Source of the DNA: Candidatus Parcubacteria bacterium
GTDB lineage: Bacteria > Patescibacteriota > Minisyncoccia > Phycocordibacterales > JAKAEA01
Length of the DNA: 64,000 nt
Reading direction: 5' to 3'
Assembly (NCBI GenBank): GCA_019661945.1
Contig: JAIFWI010000002.1
Coordinates: 763-64,762 of the forward strand
The stretch's first letter is position 1. The number at the start of each line of letters is the position of its first letter. A program made the position numbers and the translations under genes. Below are positions 29,843-39,069 of the stretch, in pieces. The notes under the pieces are model-generated. The model saw only the letters and a list, made by a program, of their open reading frames with translations. It made no database searches and had not been told where the DNA came from.

Positions 29843-30769
29843 ATGTTGTGGACCAATACAAAAAGAGTTGTGCGTTCAGGTTTTGTAAACTTTTGGCGAA
29901 ATGGTTTCGTCTCGCTTTCTTCAATCCTGGTTATGACCATCACTCTGTTTGTCCTCGGCTCACTTATTTTCACCTACGTTCTTTTAAATGGTGCCCTCAT
30001 TCAAATTAAAGATAAAGTAGATATCAATGTTTATTTTGTCACAACCGCAAAAGAAGAGGATATTAAATCAATTCAAAAATCTCTAGAGACCTTGCCTGAA
30101 GTTTCAAAAGTGGTCTACTCATCTCGAGAAGATGTCTTAGCTGATTTTAAAAAGCGTCACGAAAATGATCAATTCACTCTCCAGGCTCTTGATGAATTGC
30201 AAGAAAATCCTCTCGGGGCAATTTTAAATGTAAAAGCCAAGGATCCATCACAATATGCCGGTATTGTCCGCTTTCTGGAATCAAAGAGTGTTTCTCAGAC
30301 AGACGGATTGCCCATTGTTGATAAGATTAACTACAATCAAAATAAAGTGGCTATTGATAAATTAACTCGAATTATTGACAGCGGTCAGCGACTTGGACTA
30401 TTTCTGCTCGGAATTCTCATTGTTATCTCGATTATGATTACTTTTAATACTATTCGACTAGCAATTTACATTTCTCGGGACGAAATTGCCGTTATGCGCC
30501 TTGTTGGAGCCAGTTCAAAATATATTCGCGGACCATTCGTCATTATCGGCATTATGTATGGCATTTTCTCAGCTATAATTACTGGACTTATTTTCCTGCC
30601 GGCCACATACTATCTCGGCCGGGCTACAGCCAACTTTTTCACTGGTATTAATGTCTATAACTATTACATTACTCACTTCCAGTATATTTTCCCTATGCTC
30701 CTTGGAGCCGGGGCATTGATCGGAGCGGTTTCGAGTTACATGGCCGTGCGGCGGTATTTACAGGTTTAA
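29843..30769 (+). CDS. ftsX: Cell division permease FtsX
   Basis: 308 aa, 4 TM with large periplasmic loop, follows ftsE. Confidence 0.85.
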   Translation: MLWTNTKRVVRSGFVNFWRNGFVSLSSILVMTITLFVLGSLIFTYVLLNGALIQIKDKVDINVYFVTTAKEEDIKSIQKSLETLPEVSKVVYSSREDVLADFKKRHENDQFTLQALDELQENPLGAILNVKAKDPSQYAGIVRFLESKSVSQTDGLPIVDKINYNQNKVAIDKLTRIIDSGQRLGLFLLGILIVISIMITFNTIRLAIYISRDEIAVMRLVGASSKYIRGPFVIIGIMYGIFSAIITGLIFLPATYYLGRATANFFTGINVYNYYITHFQYIFPMLLGAGALIGAVSSYMAVRRYLQV

Positions 30770-30793
30770 CAGTATCATATACAGTAGTACTTT

Positions 30794-32500
30794 ATGGCGA
30801 CGCGGAAAAAACGAAAATATATCTTTGTGGTGGGCGGCGTGATGTCAGGCGTCGGCAAAGGCATCGCCTCCTCATCAATCGGTACGGTCTTAAAAGCGCG
30901 GGGACTTAACGTCACCGCGTTAAAAATTGATCCCTATATCAACGTCGATGCCGGTACTATGAATCCGACTGAGCACGGCGAAGTTTTTGTCCTCGATGAC
31001 GGTGATGAAACCGATCAGGACATGGGTAATTACGAACGCTTTTTTAATACAACGCTTTCTCGGGTTAATTACATGACCACCGGCCGAGTCTATCTTGAAG
31101 TTATCCGCAAAGAGCGAAATTTAGAATACAAAGGCAAGAACGTTGAAGTTGTGCCGGATATTCCTTTCGAAGTTATCCGCCGGATTGAAAAAGCCACCGA
31201 GAAAGCTGATGCTGATGTCACTATTATTGAAATCGGCGGCACTATTGGCGAGTATCAAAATATTATATTCCTCGAAGCGGCTCGTATGATGAAGTCGAAA
31301 AATCCGCAAGATGTGGCTTTTGTCATGGTCAGCTATTTGCCGATTCCATCAAAAGTGGGGGAGATGAAAACAAAACCGACCCAGTATGCGGCAAGAACCT
31401 TAAATGGTGTGGGAATTCAGGCCGATATTATCATCGCCCGGAGTGAAGTGGCCCTCGATCATAAGCGTAAAGAAAAAATTGCTCTCTTTTGTAATATTCA
31501 GCCGGAAAGTGTTATCTCGGCGCCTGATATTGATAGTATTTATGACGTGCCGGTTAACTTTGAGCGGGATAATCTGGGAGCAATTTTGTGTAAAACATTA
31601 AAAATACCAAGCCGACCGACAAATCTTTCTGCATGGAAGTCATTTGTTAAAAAATCAAAGAGCCCGAGCAAAGAAGTGAAAATTGGCGTGGTTGGAAAAT
31701 ATTTTGATTCAGGTGATTTCGTTTTGTCTGATGTCTACATTTCAGTTCTTGAGGCTCTAAAAATTTCGGCCTATCATTTGGGAGCAAAGCCCGTCATTGA
31801 TTATATTAACTCTAAAGACTTTGAAGGACCGCAGCGCGAGAAAAACTTACAAAAGTTAAAAGAATATCATGGCATTCTTGTCCCCGGAGGCTTTGGCTCA
31901 ACTGGTATTGAAGGCAAAATAAATGCTATTCAATTTGCCCGGGAGAAAAAGATTCCATACTTTGGCCTGTGTTACGGTATGCAGCTTCTGGTTATTGAAT
32001 ATGCCCGCAATGTCGCGAGGTTGAAAGGCGCGCATACGACCGAAGTTGATCCGAAAACAAAATATCCTGTTATCGATATCATGGAAGATCAGAAGAAGCA
32101 CATGGAGAAGGGAAGTTTCGGCGCAACCATGCGTCTCGGTGCTTATCCTGCTCACTTAAAGAAAGAAACTGTGGCGCGTTCTGCTTACAATGAAGAAATG
32201 ATTTCAGAACGTCACCGCCATCGCTACGAAGTTAATCCTAAATATATTCCTGATATTACAAAAGCTGGTCTCGTCTTCTCCGGCACCTCACCCGACGGCC
32301 GGCTAATGGAAATTGCCGAACTTCCTGAGCGTCAGCATCCATTTTTCCTCGGCACCCAATTCCATCCAGAATTCACCGCCCGCCCGCTTAATCCTCATCC
32401 GTTATTCACTCGCTTCCTTGAAGCAGCTCTGAAACGAATAAAACCTCCAATAAAAATTGCTGGAAAGGTAGGTGGCGTGAAGCAAAATACTATTGCCTAA
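30794..32500 (+). CDS. pyrG: CTP synthase
   Basis: 568 aa; N-terminus YIFVVGGVMSGVGKG; C-terminal GATase (GLCYGMQ, H...E). Confidence 0.95.
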   Translation: MATRKKRKYIFVVGGVMSGVGKGIASSSIGTVLKARGLNVTALKIDPYINVDAGTMNPTEHGEVFVLDDGDETDQDMGNYERFFNTTLSRVNYMTTGRVYLEVIRKERNLEYKGKNVEVVPDIPFEVIRRIEKATEKADADVTIIEIGGTIGEYQNIIFLEAARMMKSKNPQDVAFVMVSYLPIPSKVGEMKTKPTQYAARTLNGVGIQADIIIARSEVALDHKRKEKIALFCNIQPESVISAPDIDSIYDVPVNFERDNLGAILCKTLKIPSRPTNLSAWKSFVKKSKSPSKEVKIGVVGKYFDSGDFVLSDVYISVLEALKISAYHLGAKPVIDYINSKDFEGPQREKNLQKLKEYHGILVPGGFGSTGIEGKINAIQFAREKKIPYFGLCYGMQLLVIEYARNVARLKGAHTTEVDPKTKYPVIDIMEDQKKHMEKGSFGATMRLGAYPAHLKKETVARSAYNEEMISERHRHRYEVNPKYIPDITKAGLVFSGTSPDGRLMEIAELPERQHPFFLGTQFHPEFTARPLNPHPLFTRFLEAALKRIKPPIKIAGKVGGVKQNTIA

Positions 32501-32566
32501 ATAGAAAAGTGAACTCAGCTTGCCTTTATGCCATTTTGCGCTACTATAGTCTCAGAAAGGAGCCTC

Positions 32567-32680
32567 ATGCATATACCAGCCCTTTTCCGGCGCAGGAAAG
32601 TTAGTTGGAAAGTGATTGGGGACTGGCTTACACCGTATCTCGTGAACCTCCAGTACCTCAGCCCTCATATTTTCTGAGGG
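32567..32680 (+). CDS. Candidate 37-aa small ORF (MHIPALFRRRKVSWKVIGDWLTPYLVNLQYLSPHIF) with RBS and terminator
   Basis: aaaggag 4 nt before ATG; hairpin plus T-tract right after the stop; below the track size cutoff. Confidence 0.25.
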
Positions 32681-32687
32681 TTTTTTC
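32655..32687 (+). terminator. Rho-independent terminator (ccctca ... tgaggg tttttt)
   Basis: Read directly. Confidence 0.55.
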
Positions 32688-32737
32688 TTGCTTGAATACT
32701 TGAATAAAGGCTGATTTTACAGTATCTTGGAGTGACT

Positions 32738-32811
32738 TGCGGGATCGTCTAATGGTAGGACATATGCCTCTGGAGCATAGTATCTTGGTTCGAGTCCAAG
32801 TCCCGCAGCCA
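32738..32811 (+). tRNA. tRNA-Gln(CTG) with encoded CCA
   Basis: U1:A72 acceptor TGCGGGA/TCCCGCA, anticodon loop CTCTGGA, T-arm TTGGTTCGAGTCCAAG, discriminator G plus CCA. Confidence 0.85.
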
Positions 32812-32848
32812 ATGCTTTTCAGATAAGCTCTGCTATAATTAAAGTTAT

Positions 32849-33172
32849 ATGAAGAAACCAATAACTACTTTATATCTTTATCTCGGTGTCGTCGTACTCA
32901 TTTGGATAATCGCAGCAATAATGCTGACTACAATTTCTTTTCAAGATGCAGGTGGTCTTCTTGTTATATTACCAGCTATTGGATTAAGTATTGTACTTAT
33001 TGCAATAGGTTTAATACATTACTCAAAGGTTAAATCTAAATTTATCAATCAAAACCAACTTCCACAATTCAGTCATTCTCCAACTATATTTCGTTGGGCA
33101 GGTATCATACTAATACTTTGGTTAGCTCTTTGGCTATTAGCTCCATATATATCAAATTTGTTTGGTTTTTAA
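32849..33172 (+). CDS. Hypothetical small membrane protein
   Basis: 107 aa, 3 hydrophobic segments. Confidence 0.5.
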   Translation: MKKPITTLYLYLGVVVLIWIIAAIMLTTISFQDAGGLLVILPAIGLSIVLIAIGLIHYSKVKSKFINQNQLPQFSHSPTIFRWAGIILILWLALWLLAPYISNLFGF

Positions 33173-33292
33173 GCACTTAAACTGGTTCCAACATCGTACA
33201 CGACGGTCAGCACTCATAAAAATCGTACCGGCATTATAATATGCAACACAATGGTTGCATATTTAAACACAGCATGATATCCTAAGCATATA

Positions 33293-33745
33293 GTGTTTAT
33301 AAATAAAAAATATATGCAAAACATAATCAAGCGTGAAGTTACAGTTAAAGCCGATAAGGAAAAGGTCTACAATGCAATTGCCAATCCTGAAAAAGTTGTT
33401 CAGTGGTTTCCTGATGAAGTAGAAGGTAAGTATGCGGCAGGCGAACGTCCAATATTTACATTTAAGGGGCATGGTAAGGCTCAGATTTATGTTGTCGATG
33501 CAAAGCCATATGAATATTTTTCGTATCGATGGATTCCAGGTGCTCATGACTTTATTGGCGATGTGTTAGCTGTCCCAAACACATTAGTTGAATTCAATAT
33601 TCAAGAAGAAAAAGATGGTACATGCAAAGTGGTGATGACAGAATCCGGTTTTGCAGCATTGCCAAGTGATACCGCAGAAAATGCATTCAAACAAAATTCC
33701 GGAGGATGGGAGTTCATGCTTGGCCGACTTGAGAAACTTTTTTAA
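33293..33745 (+). CDS. SRPBCC superfamily protein (AHSA1 / polyketide cyclase-like)
   Basis: About 145 aa with the typical beta-rich pattern; start may be 33314. Confidence 0.6.
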   Translation: MFINKKYMQNIIKREVTVKADKEKVYNAIANPEKVVQWFPDEVEGKYAAGERPIFTFKGHGKAQIYVVDAKPYEYFSYRWIPGAHDFIGDVLAVPNTLVEFNIQEEKDGTCKVVMTESGFAALPSDTAENAFKQNSGGWEFMLGRLEKLF

Positions 33746-33755
33746 GTAAAATAAT

Positions 33756-34067
33756 ATGGAAGCTCAAATTTTCAGGGCACTCGGTGATCCCTTGAGGCTC
33801 AAGATCGTCAAACGACTTTCTGGCGGGTCAACCCACACAATGGGAGATGTCACAAAAGGTCTTGGTGTCTCGAGGCAGGGTGCCCGAAAACAACTGCAAG
33901 TACTCGTTTCTGCAAAGATTGTACAGTTAAAACCCATTGGCCGTGAGGTAAGGGTACTACTGAACGCGAGTGCATTAAAATCGGGAAGGGACTTTATTGC
34001 CAATCTTGAAAACCAGTGGGACAAGCGCTTGAGAAAACTTAAGGAAGTTGTTGAAAAAGATTCGTGA
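33756..34067 (+). CDS. ArsR/SmtB-family HTH transcriptional regulator
   Basis: LGDPLRLKIVKRL...MGDVTKGLGVSRQGARKQLQVL. Confidence 0.75.
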   Translation: MEAQIFRALGDPLRLKIVKRLSGGSTHTMGDVTKGLGVSRQGARKQLQVLVSAKIVQLKPIGREVRVLLNASALKSGRDFIANLENQWDKRLRKLKEVVEKDS

Positions 34068-34106
34068 TTGACTGAACCCTTGCCGACAGGCATCCCGCAG
34101 TAATAT

Positions 34107-34134
34107 TTGACAAATATCATATTTTATATATAAT
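34107..34134 (+). promoter_or_regulatory. Near-consensus sigma70-like promoter: TTGACA, 16-nt spacer, TATAAT
   Basis: Read directly, 48 nt upstream of the ATG at 34183. Confidence 0.35.
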
Positions 34135-34182
34135 ATTTTTCGGTAGAAAGTTCCTCAAACTAAACCATCAACGGGAGAACTC

Positions 34183-34986
34183 ATGGCTGGAGATATGGAT
34201 CGAGAAACTCGTCTCAACCTGTGCCATAAGCTTATGGCAAATGCGGAATGGTGGCAGGGAAAGGTGAATGATGACCATCTCACACTGGTGATTGCCTTTC
34301 TTAAGGAGAGAATGGTTGTGGCTCGGCCATCAGACAGCAGTTCTGTCGGGGCCATGACGCCATTGCCGAAGGGTGTGCCGCCCTTGTATGTTGTGCCTCT
34401 CATGTCGCATGACCAGTATGTCGGTCGAGGAGAATGGAGGCAGTACCTCCATAGCGACAGCTCTGCCTGTTTCGTTGGGCCGGCATCACTTCTGGTCCTC
34501 TCAAGTCTCATCGATCGGAGCTTGGTGTCACTTGCGCTTGTATTCTTGCATGAGGCTGACCATGCTTATGGATGGTTTGTGCTCGGCAATAATGGTGAGC
34601 GCAATGGGCAGGCGAGGCTTGATGAGGAGATCAGGGTTCGAAGGAACGATAACAGAGCGATGACTAAGTTCGGGTTCAATCCTTACAATCGCTACATCGA
34701 CCTGTTAGCCCTGAAGGTGAAAGAAGAGATTGAAACCAAAGACGAGATGTGGATTGAACGGTGCATGTGTTCTGATTGGAGGGTTCTTGATGGCTTCTTG
34801 GGTTCTTCAGTAAGTGGGAGCGAACAACGATTTCGTCAGTCGAAGATTGCTCACCATGTCATTGAAGTTGTGGCAAGCTTGCTGCAACCCGATGAAGCGC
34901 AGCGCCCTGTTCTACATCGAGAGCTTCTGTTGTGCTTTTACGCGAAGGCTGCGCCGCCGCCGATGCTCAAACGGTATGCTGATTGA
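34183..34986 (+). CDS. Hypothetical protein with HExxH (LHEADHAYG) motif in a GC-rich island; putative zinc metallopeptidase
   Basis: 267 aa; gggaga RBS; GC-rich with ORFs open in several frames. Confidence 0.45.
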   Translation: MAGDMDRETRLNLCHKLMANAEWWQGKVNDDHLTLVIAFLKERMVVARPSDSSSVGAMTPLPKGVPPLYVVPLMSHDQYVGRGEWRQYLHSDSSACFVGPASLLVLSSLIDRSLVSLALVFLHEADHAYGWFVLGNNGERNGQARLDEEIRVRRNDNRAMTKFGFNPYNRYIDLLALKVKEEIETKDEMWIERCMCSDWRVLDGFLGSSVSGSEQRFRQSKIAHHVIEVVASLLQPDEAQRPVLHRELLLCFYAKAAPPPMLKRYAD

Positions 34987-35103
34987 TTCAGTCCAGATAC
35001 TACATTGTTTATCTGGGCTTTTTTCTTTTTAGTGCTATACTTGCGGCAATAGTTGAGACCAGCCTAAGGCTAGAAGGGTATTATAAGTTAAGTATTTAAT
35101 AAT

Positions 35104-35418
35104 ATGGAACTTGAAGATTTTATCACTACTACTCTTTTAGAAATTCAGAGAGGTATTCGTAATGCCAATATCAAAATTGCTAAAGAAGCGGGTAAAAAAT
35201 TGGGAGTTGATGAAACAATACAATATCAAATAGACAGAGGTAACAAAGGTATAAAGTTTGACGTTGCTGTTACAGTTAGTAATGAAAAAGGCGGAGAAGG
35301 TGGAGGTAAAATCAAGGTGGCAGTAATAGATGTTGGTGGTTCAAAGACTACAGCATCAAAGGAAGAATATGTCAGTCACATAACTTTTGAAGTAAATCCT
35401 TTTAGAAGTGTCCATTAA
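35104..35418 (+). CDS. Trypco2-like small protein (effector-associated domain)
   Basis: 104 aa; C-terminal pattern KFDVAVTVSNEKGGEGGGKIKVAVIDVGGS...SHITFEV matches my recollection of the trypco2 family. Confidence 0.4.
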   Translation: MELEDFITTTLLEIQRGIRNANIKIAKEAGKKLGVDETIQYQIDRGNKGIKFDVAVTVSNEKGGEGGGKIKVAVIDVGGSKTTASKEEYVSHITFEVNPFRSVH

Positions 35419-35481
35419 ATATATGAAAATTAAAATTTCTTACTTACTTGTATTTAGCCATTGTAATCTTGGAGCAAAGCC

Positions 35482-36075
35482 ATGATAAAAGCTATAATTT
35501 TTGACTTAAACGGTATATTTATACAGAGTCCCAAACTAAGTGAACGATTTGAGAAGGACTTTAATGTGCCTATTCCCGAATTTCTTCCGAAATTATCGGA
35601 AATTATGGATAAAGTACGACAGCCGAATGCTGGTGGTTCTTTTCAGTACTGGAAACCTGCCTTAGAAAAGTGGAACATTACTCTATCTGAACAAGAGTTT
35701 TGGGATTATTGGTTCAAGGCAGAGACTGTTTCTGAAAAGATGGTTGAGTTTGCGAAAGAATTACGAGCAAAAGGCATTAAGGTTTTCATCCTTTCTAATA
35801 ATTTTAAAGAACGAGCTGAGTATTATGGTCATTATCCTTGGATTTATGAAGCGGTGGATAAGGTCTATTTCTCTTGGCAATCTGGATTTGTTAAGCCTGA
35901 TCCACAAGCTTGGTTACAAATACTATCAGAAAATAGTTTAAAACCAGAGGAATTTCTTTACTTTGATGACCAAGAAAAGAATCTTAAAGCAGCCCAAAGT
36001 ATTGGTATAAAATCCTTCATGTTTACCACTGAGAAGAGTTTACAGGAAACAGTAAATGAGCACATTCCTTTTTGA
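35482..36075 (+). CDS. HAD-superfamily hydrolase
   Basis: N-terminus IKAIIFDLNGIF (motif I variant), later SNN and DD motifs. Confidence 0.65.
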   Translation: MIKAIIFDLNGIFIQSPKLSERFEKDFNVPIPEFLPKLSEIMDKVRQPNAGGSFQYWKPALEKWNITLSEQEFWDYWFKAETVSEKMVEFAKELRAKGIKVFILSNNFKERAEYYGHYPWIYEAVDKVYFSWQSGFVKPDPQAWLQILSENSLKPEEFLYFDDQEKNLKAAQSIGIKSFMFTTEKSLQETVNEHIPF

Positions 36076-36087
36076 TATACTTGAATC

Positions 36088-36498
36088 ATGAAAATATTTG
36101 TTTGTACAAGCAGGCATCTGTATGACAAGGCTAAGCCAGTTATTCAAGCTCTGGAACAGGCAGGGCATACAATAACATTGCCGAATAATTTCGATGATTT
36201 CGGAAGAGAGAATCGTATGAAGGCCGAACAGGCAAGTGATTACCCAGCATGGAAAGCGAGTATGTTTCGAAAGCAAGCCGAAAAGGTGGCGAATAATGAT
36301 GTAATCTTAGTGATGAATTTTGAAAAGGAAGGAAAGCCAAATTATATAGGCGGGGCAACTTTTCTGGAGATATTTAAAGCATGGGAGCTTAGTAAAAAAA
36401 TCTTTTTCTATAATCCTATTCCTGAAGGAATGCTTCGAGATGAACTTGTGGGTATGAGCCCTACAGTGATTAATCAAGACATATCTTTAATTGATTGA
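36088..36498 (+). CDS. Nucleoside 2-deoxyribosyltransferase-like (Rossmann-like) protein
   Basis: MKIFVCTS N-terminus and GGATFLEIFKAWELSKKIFFYN resembling the NDT-fold nucleophile region. Confidence 0.35.
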   Translation: MKIFVCTSRHLYDKAKPVIQALEQAGHTITLPNNFDDFGRENRMKAEQASDYPAWKASMFRKQAEKVANNDVILVMNFEKEGKPNYIGGATFLEIFKAWELSKKIFFYNPIPEGMLRDELVGMSPTVINQDISLID

Positions 36499-36501
36499 TA
36501 T

Positions 36502-37263
36502 ATGCTATCAAAACCCACTATCGTAAAGATGTTCGATGAACAAGCAAAGGCATTTGCTGAGTTCTCCCAAGAATCGTTCCAGTGGCATCATATGGAGAAG
36601 GGCATATATGATAAATACTTGAGCGACAACTTTTTAAATAACTCAGAAATTTTAGATATAGGTAGTGGAGCAGGAAGAATAATGAAATATCTTAACCAAA
36701 GGGGAGTATTGGAAGAGAACATCACCGGAGTAGATGTAAGTAGTGAAATGGTAAAAATTGCCAAAAATCGCTTGCCGGGAGCAACATTTGCGAATCAGGA
36801 TATTGCACATTTAGATCTCAGTAATAAAAATTTTAGCCTCGTCACGTCCCATATGGTCTTTGAATTTCTGGATAATGACCAACTGCATAAAACTTTAAAG
36901 CAGGCTTATGATCACATGGCTGAGAATGGAACTCTTATGTATACAACGACTCATCCTAACAAGATGGCCTCAGGAGATTATGCAAATTACAAGGATAAGC
37001 AGTTTTGGATTGATACGTCAGCTCCATGGGAAGGTGGAATATCTACCTTTCACCGACCGACCAATGATTTCATCAATGCAACAATAAAAGCTGGTTTTCA
37101 TATTGATAGAATTATCGAAATAGGTTTCGATCTAAGTGCAAAAGAGGAGAGTGCCTTAAAAGTCGCAAAGTATCTTAAATACGGGCCAATGAGATTGATG
37201 GTTATGGCCAGGAAACTAACCAAAGTTAAAAAACCATCAGCACGTGCTGTTTTGTATACTTAA
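36502..37263 (+). CDS. Class I SAM-dependent methyltransferase
   Basis: Motif I ILDIGSGAGRI. Confidence 0.75.
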   Translation: MLSKPTIVKMFDEQAKAFAEFSQESFQWHHMEKGIYDKYLSDNFLNNSEILDIGSGAGRIMKYLNQRGVLEENITGVDVSSEMVKIAKNRLPGATFANQDIAHLDLSNKNFSLVTSHMVFEFLDNDQLHKTLKQAYDHMAENGTLMYTTTHPNKMASGDYANYKDKQFWIDTSAPWEGGISTFHRPTNDFINATIKAGFHIDRIIEIGFDLSAKEESALKVAKYLKYGPMRLMVMARKLTKVKKPSARAVLYT

Positions 37264-37266
37264 TTC

Positions 37267-37650
37267 ATGAACACTCCCTTCAAAATCACTCGAAAGCTAT
37301 TCTGTATTAAAGATGGGGAAGTTAAAACACCTCCAGCTGATAGTTTTCACACGCATACTGAATGGTTCACGGATGAGGGCTGGATTGATGAGAATAATGT
37401 AGATATGTTTTTGGAAACAGTTGATCGGGGCTACTATTTTCCTGAGAACAATACTTTATATACATATACCGGTTATGATTTCGCTTTCACCGAGAAGACA
37501 GTTTCAAATGTGAAATCAGTTATACCTCTGCTTAAAGAAGCTTTGCACCTTGGCCTTGATACTAAAATCTGCTTTGGTCCAAAAGATAAAGTGTTTAATG
37601 GCCGAGAACATCCTCAGCTTTGCATTGGGGATTTAAAGGATATACTTTAG
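37267..37650 (+). CDS. Hypothetical protein
   Basis: 127 aa ORF, no motif recognised. Confidence 0.4.
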   Translation: MNTPFKITRKLFCIKDGEVKTPPADSFHTHTEWFTDEGWIDENNVDMFLETVDRGYYFPENNTLYTYTGYDFAFTEKTVSNVKSVIPLLKEALHLGLDTKICFGPKDKVFNGREHPQLCIGDLKDIL

Positions 37651-37652
37651 GT

Positions 37653-37922
37653 ATGGACATCCAATTTATTTTAAGTATTTTAGTCAGCATATTTTCACTT
37701 GCCCTTGTGCTTGTTGGCATACCGGCTCAGATTGCAAAAAATTATAGGGAGAAAAGATCGGGTCAGCCGGTGATGACGATACTTATTGCTCTAGCCTTCT
37801 ATGCATCCCAAATAGGTTTTTTCATCGTTACTCACACCTGGTTGCCGCTTGTCTCTTTCATTATTGGTATTATTTTGTGGGGTGTGACCCTGGTGCAGTA
37901 TTTTCTGTATCGTCAGAAGTAA
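37653..37922 (+). CDS. SemiSWEET-like 3-TM PQ-loop protein
   Basis: About 89 aa, three TM, GIPAQIAKNY PQ motif after TM1. Confidence 0.45.
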   Translation: MDIQFILSILVSIFSLALVLVGIPAQIAKNYREKRSGQPVMTILIALAFYASQIGFFIVTHTWLPLVSFIIGIILWGVTLVQYFLYRQK

Positions 37923-37940
37923 TAATGATACTATTACTAC

Positions 37941-38963
37941 ATGAGAGAATATCTGCTCATATTTGAGCAACAGGTGGATCAATTTATTTCGAGTCAGTAC
38001 ATTGAGCTCAGGGCATTTTTTCTAAATCCTTCGGACTTACCGCCGCTTGTGCCTACTCTTATTACGGCCATCTTTGTTATTGCAATTCTTGCCACTATTT
38101 TTCTTCTGTTTATATCAATCCATTCTGTCTTAATTCGACTGGGTCTTAAAAAGGGGGTTCAGCATTGGGGTATCATCTACGACAGTGTTACCAAGCAGCC
38201 TCTTGATCCAGCTGTTGTGGAACTACGAGACGCTGTTGGCAGACGGATGGGAAGTGCCATTACCGATATGGACGGGCGGTATGGTTTCTCCAGTCAGATA
38301 CCGGGGATTTATACCATGACCGCAAACAAGACTCATTATATATTTCCCTCGCAAAAACTTGCCGGACACACTGATGATGGTATATTTACCGATCTTTATT
38401 TTGGAGAGCAGATGTATTTTACCAAGGATCAAGAGGTCATAATAAAAAATATACCTCTAGATCCTGTTGAATTTGATTGGAATGAACATGAGAAAAGAAA
38501 AGAGCACCTATCTCATTCCTATTCACGGCACTTTACCTTCCTGAAATTAAGTATACATTGGTCTTTTATTACAATACTTATAGTGACCATTGCGGCAAGT
38601 TTTTTGGTACCTGCATCATATCGATATGTAATCTATGTACCATTAGGATTATTTCTCTGTACCAACATTATTCGGGCGTATCTTATCTCACCACGGCCAT
38701 ATGGCATAGTCAGGGATAAGAAAAGCGGCACACCGCTTCCATTTGCTACGGTCAATATATTTTATGCTTTATCTGCATCGGAACCAATTAAATACGGTAC
38801 GAAAAAATGTGATAATCATGGAAAGTATTACTGCTTAGTACCTAAAGGCCGTTACTTTGTCACTATCGAAAAATGGGTTCCAAACCAGAAAAATGTCAAC
38901 ATTTTTACGTCACCACCATTTGTGATTACCAATGGCATTCTTAATAATACGTTTGAGGTGTGA
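37941..38963 (+). CDS. Membrane protein with carboxypeptidase-regulatory-like (Cna B-like) beta-sandwich domains
   Basis: Motifs DMDGRYGFSSQIPGIYTMTA and NHGKYYCLVPKGRYFVTIEK; TM segments. Confidence 0.45.
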   Translation: MREYLLIFEQQVDQFISSQYIELRAFFLNPSDLPPLVPTLITAIFVIAILATIFLLFISIHSVLIRLGLKKGVQHWGIIYDSVTKQPLDPAVVELRDAVGRRMGSAITDMDGRYGFSSQIPGIYTMTANKTHYIFPSQKLAGHTDDGIFTDLYFGEQMYFTKDQEVIIKNIPLDPVEFDWNEHEKRKEHLSHSYSRHFTFLKLSIHWSFITILIVTIAASFLVPASYRYVIYVPLGLFLCTNIIRAYLISPRPYGIVRDKKSGTPLPFATVNIFYALSASEPIKYGTKKCDNHGKYYCLVPKGRYFVTIEKWVPNQKNVNIFTSPPFVITNGILNNTFEV

Positions 38964-39069
38964 TCTTGTGTTTCTTGGCTTTTTGAGTACTATACGGTGA
39001 GATCAGGGAGATACCTCCCAAAGCTGACAGGCCTTTGTCTGTCGAACCTGAACCTTGAAAAGGAGCGTT

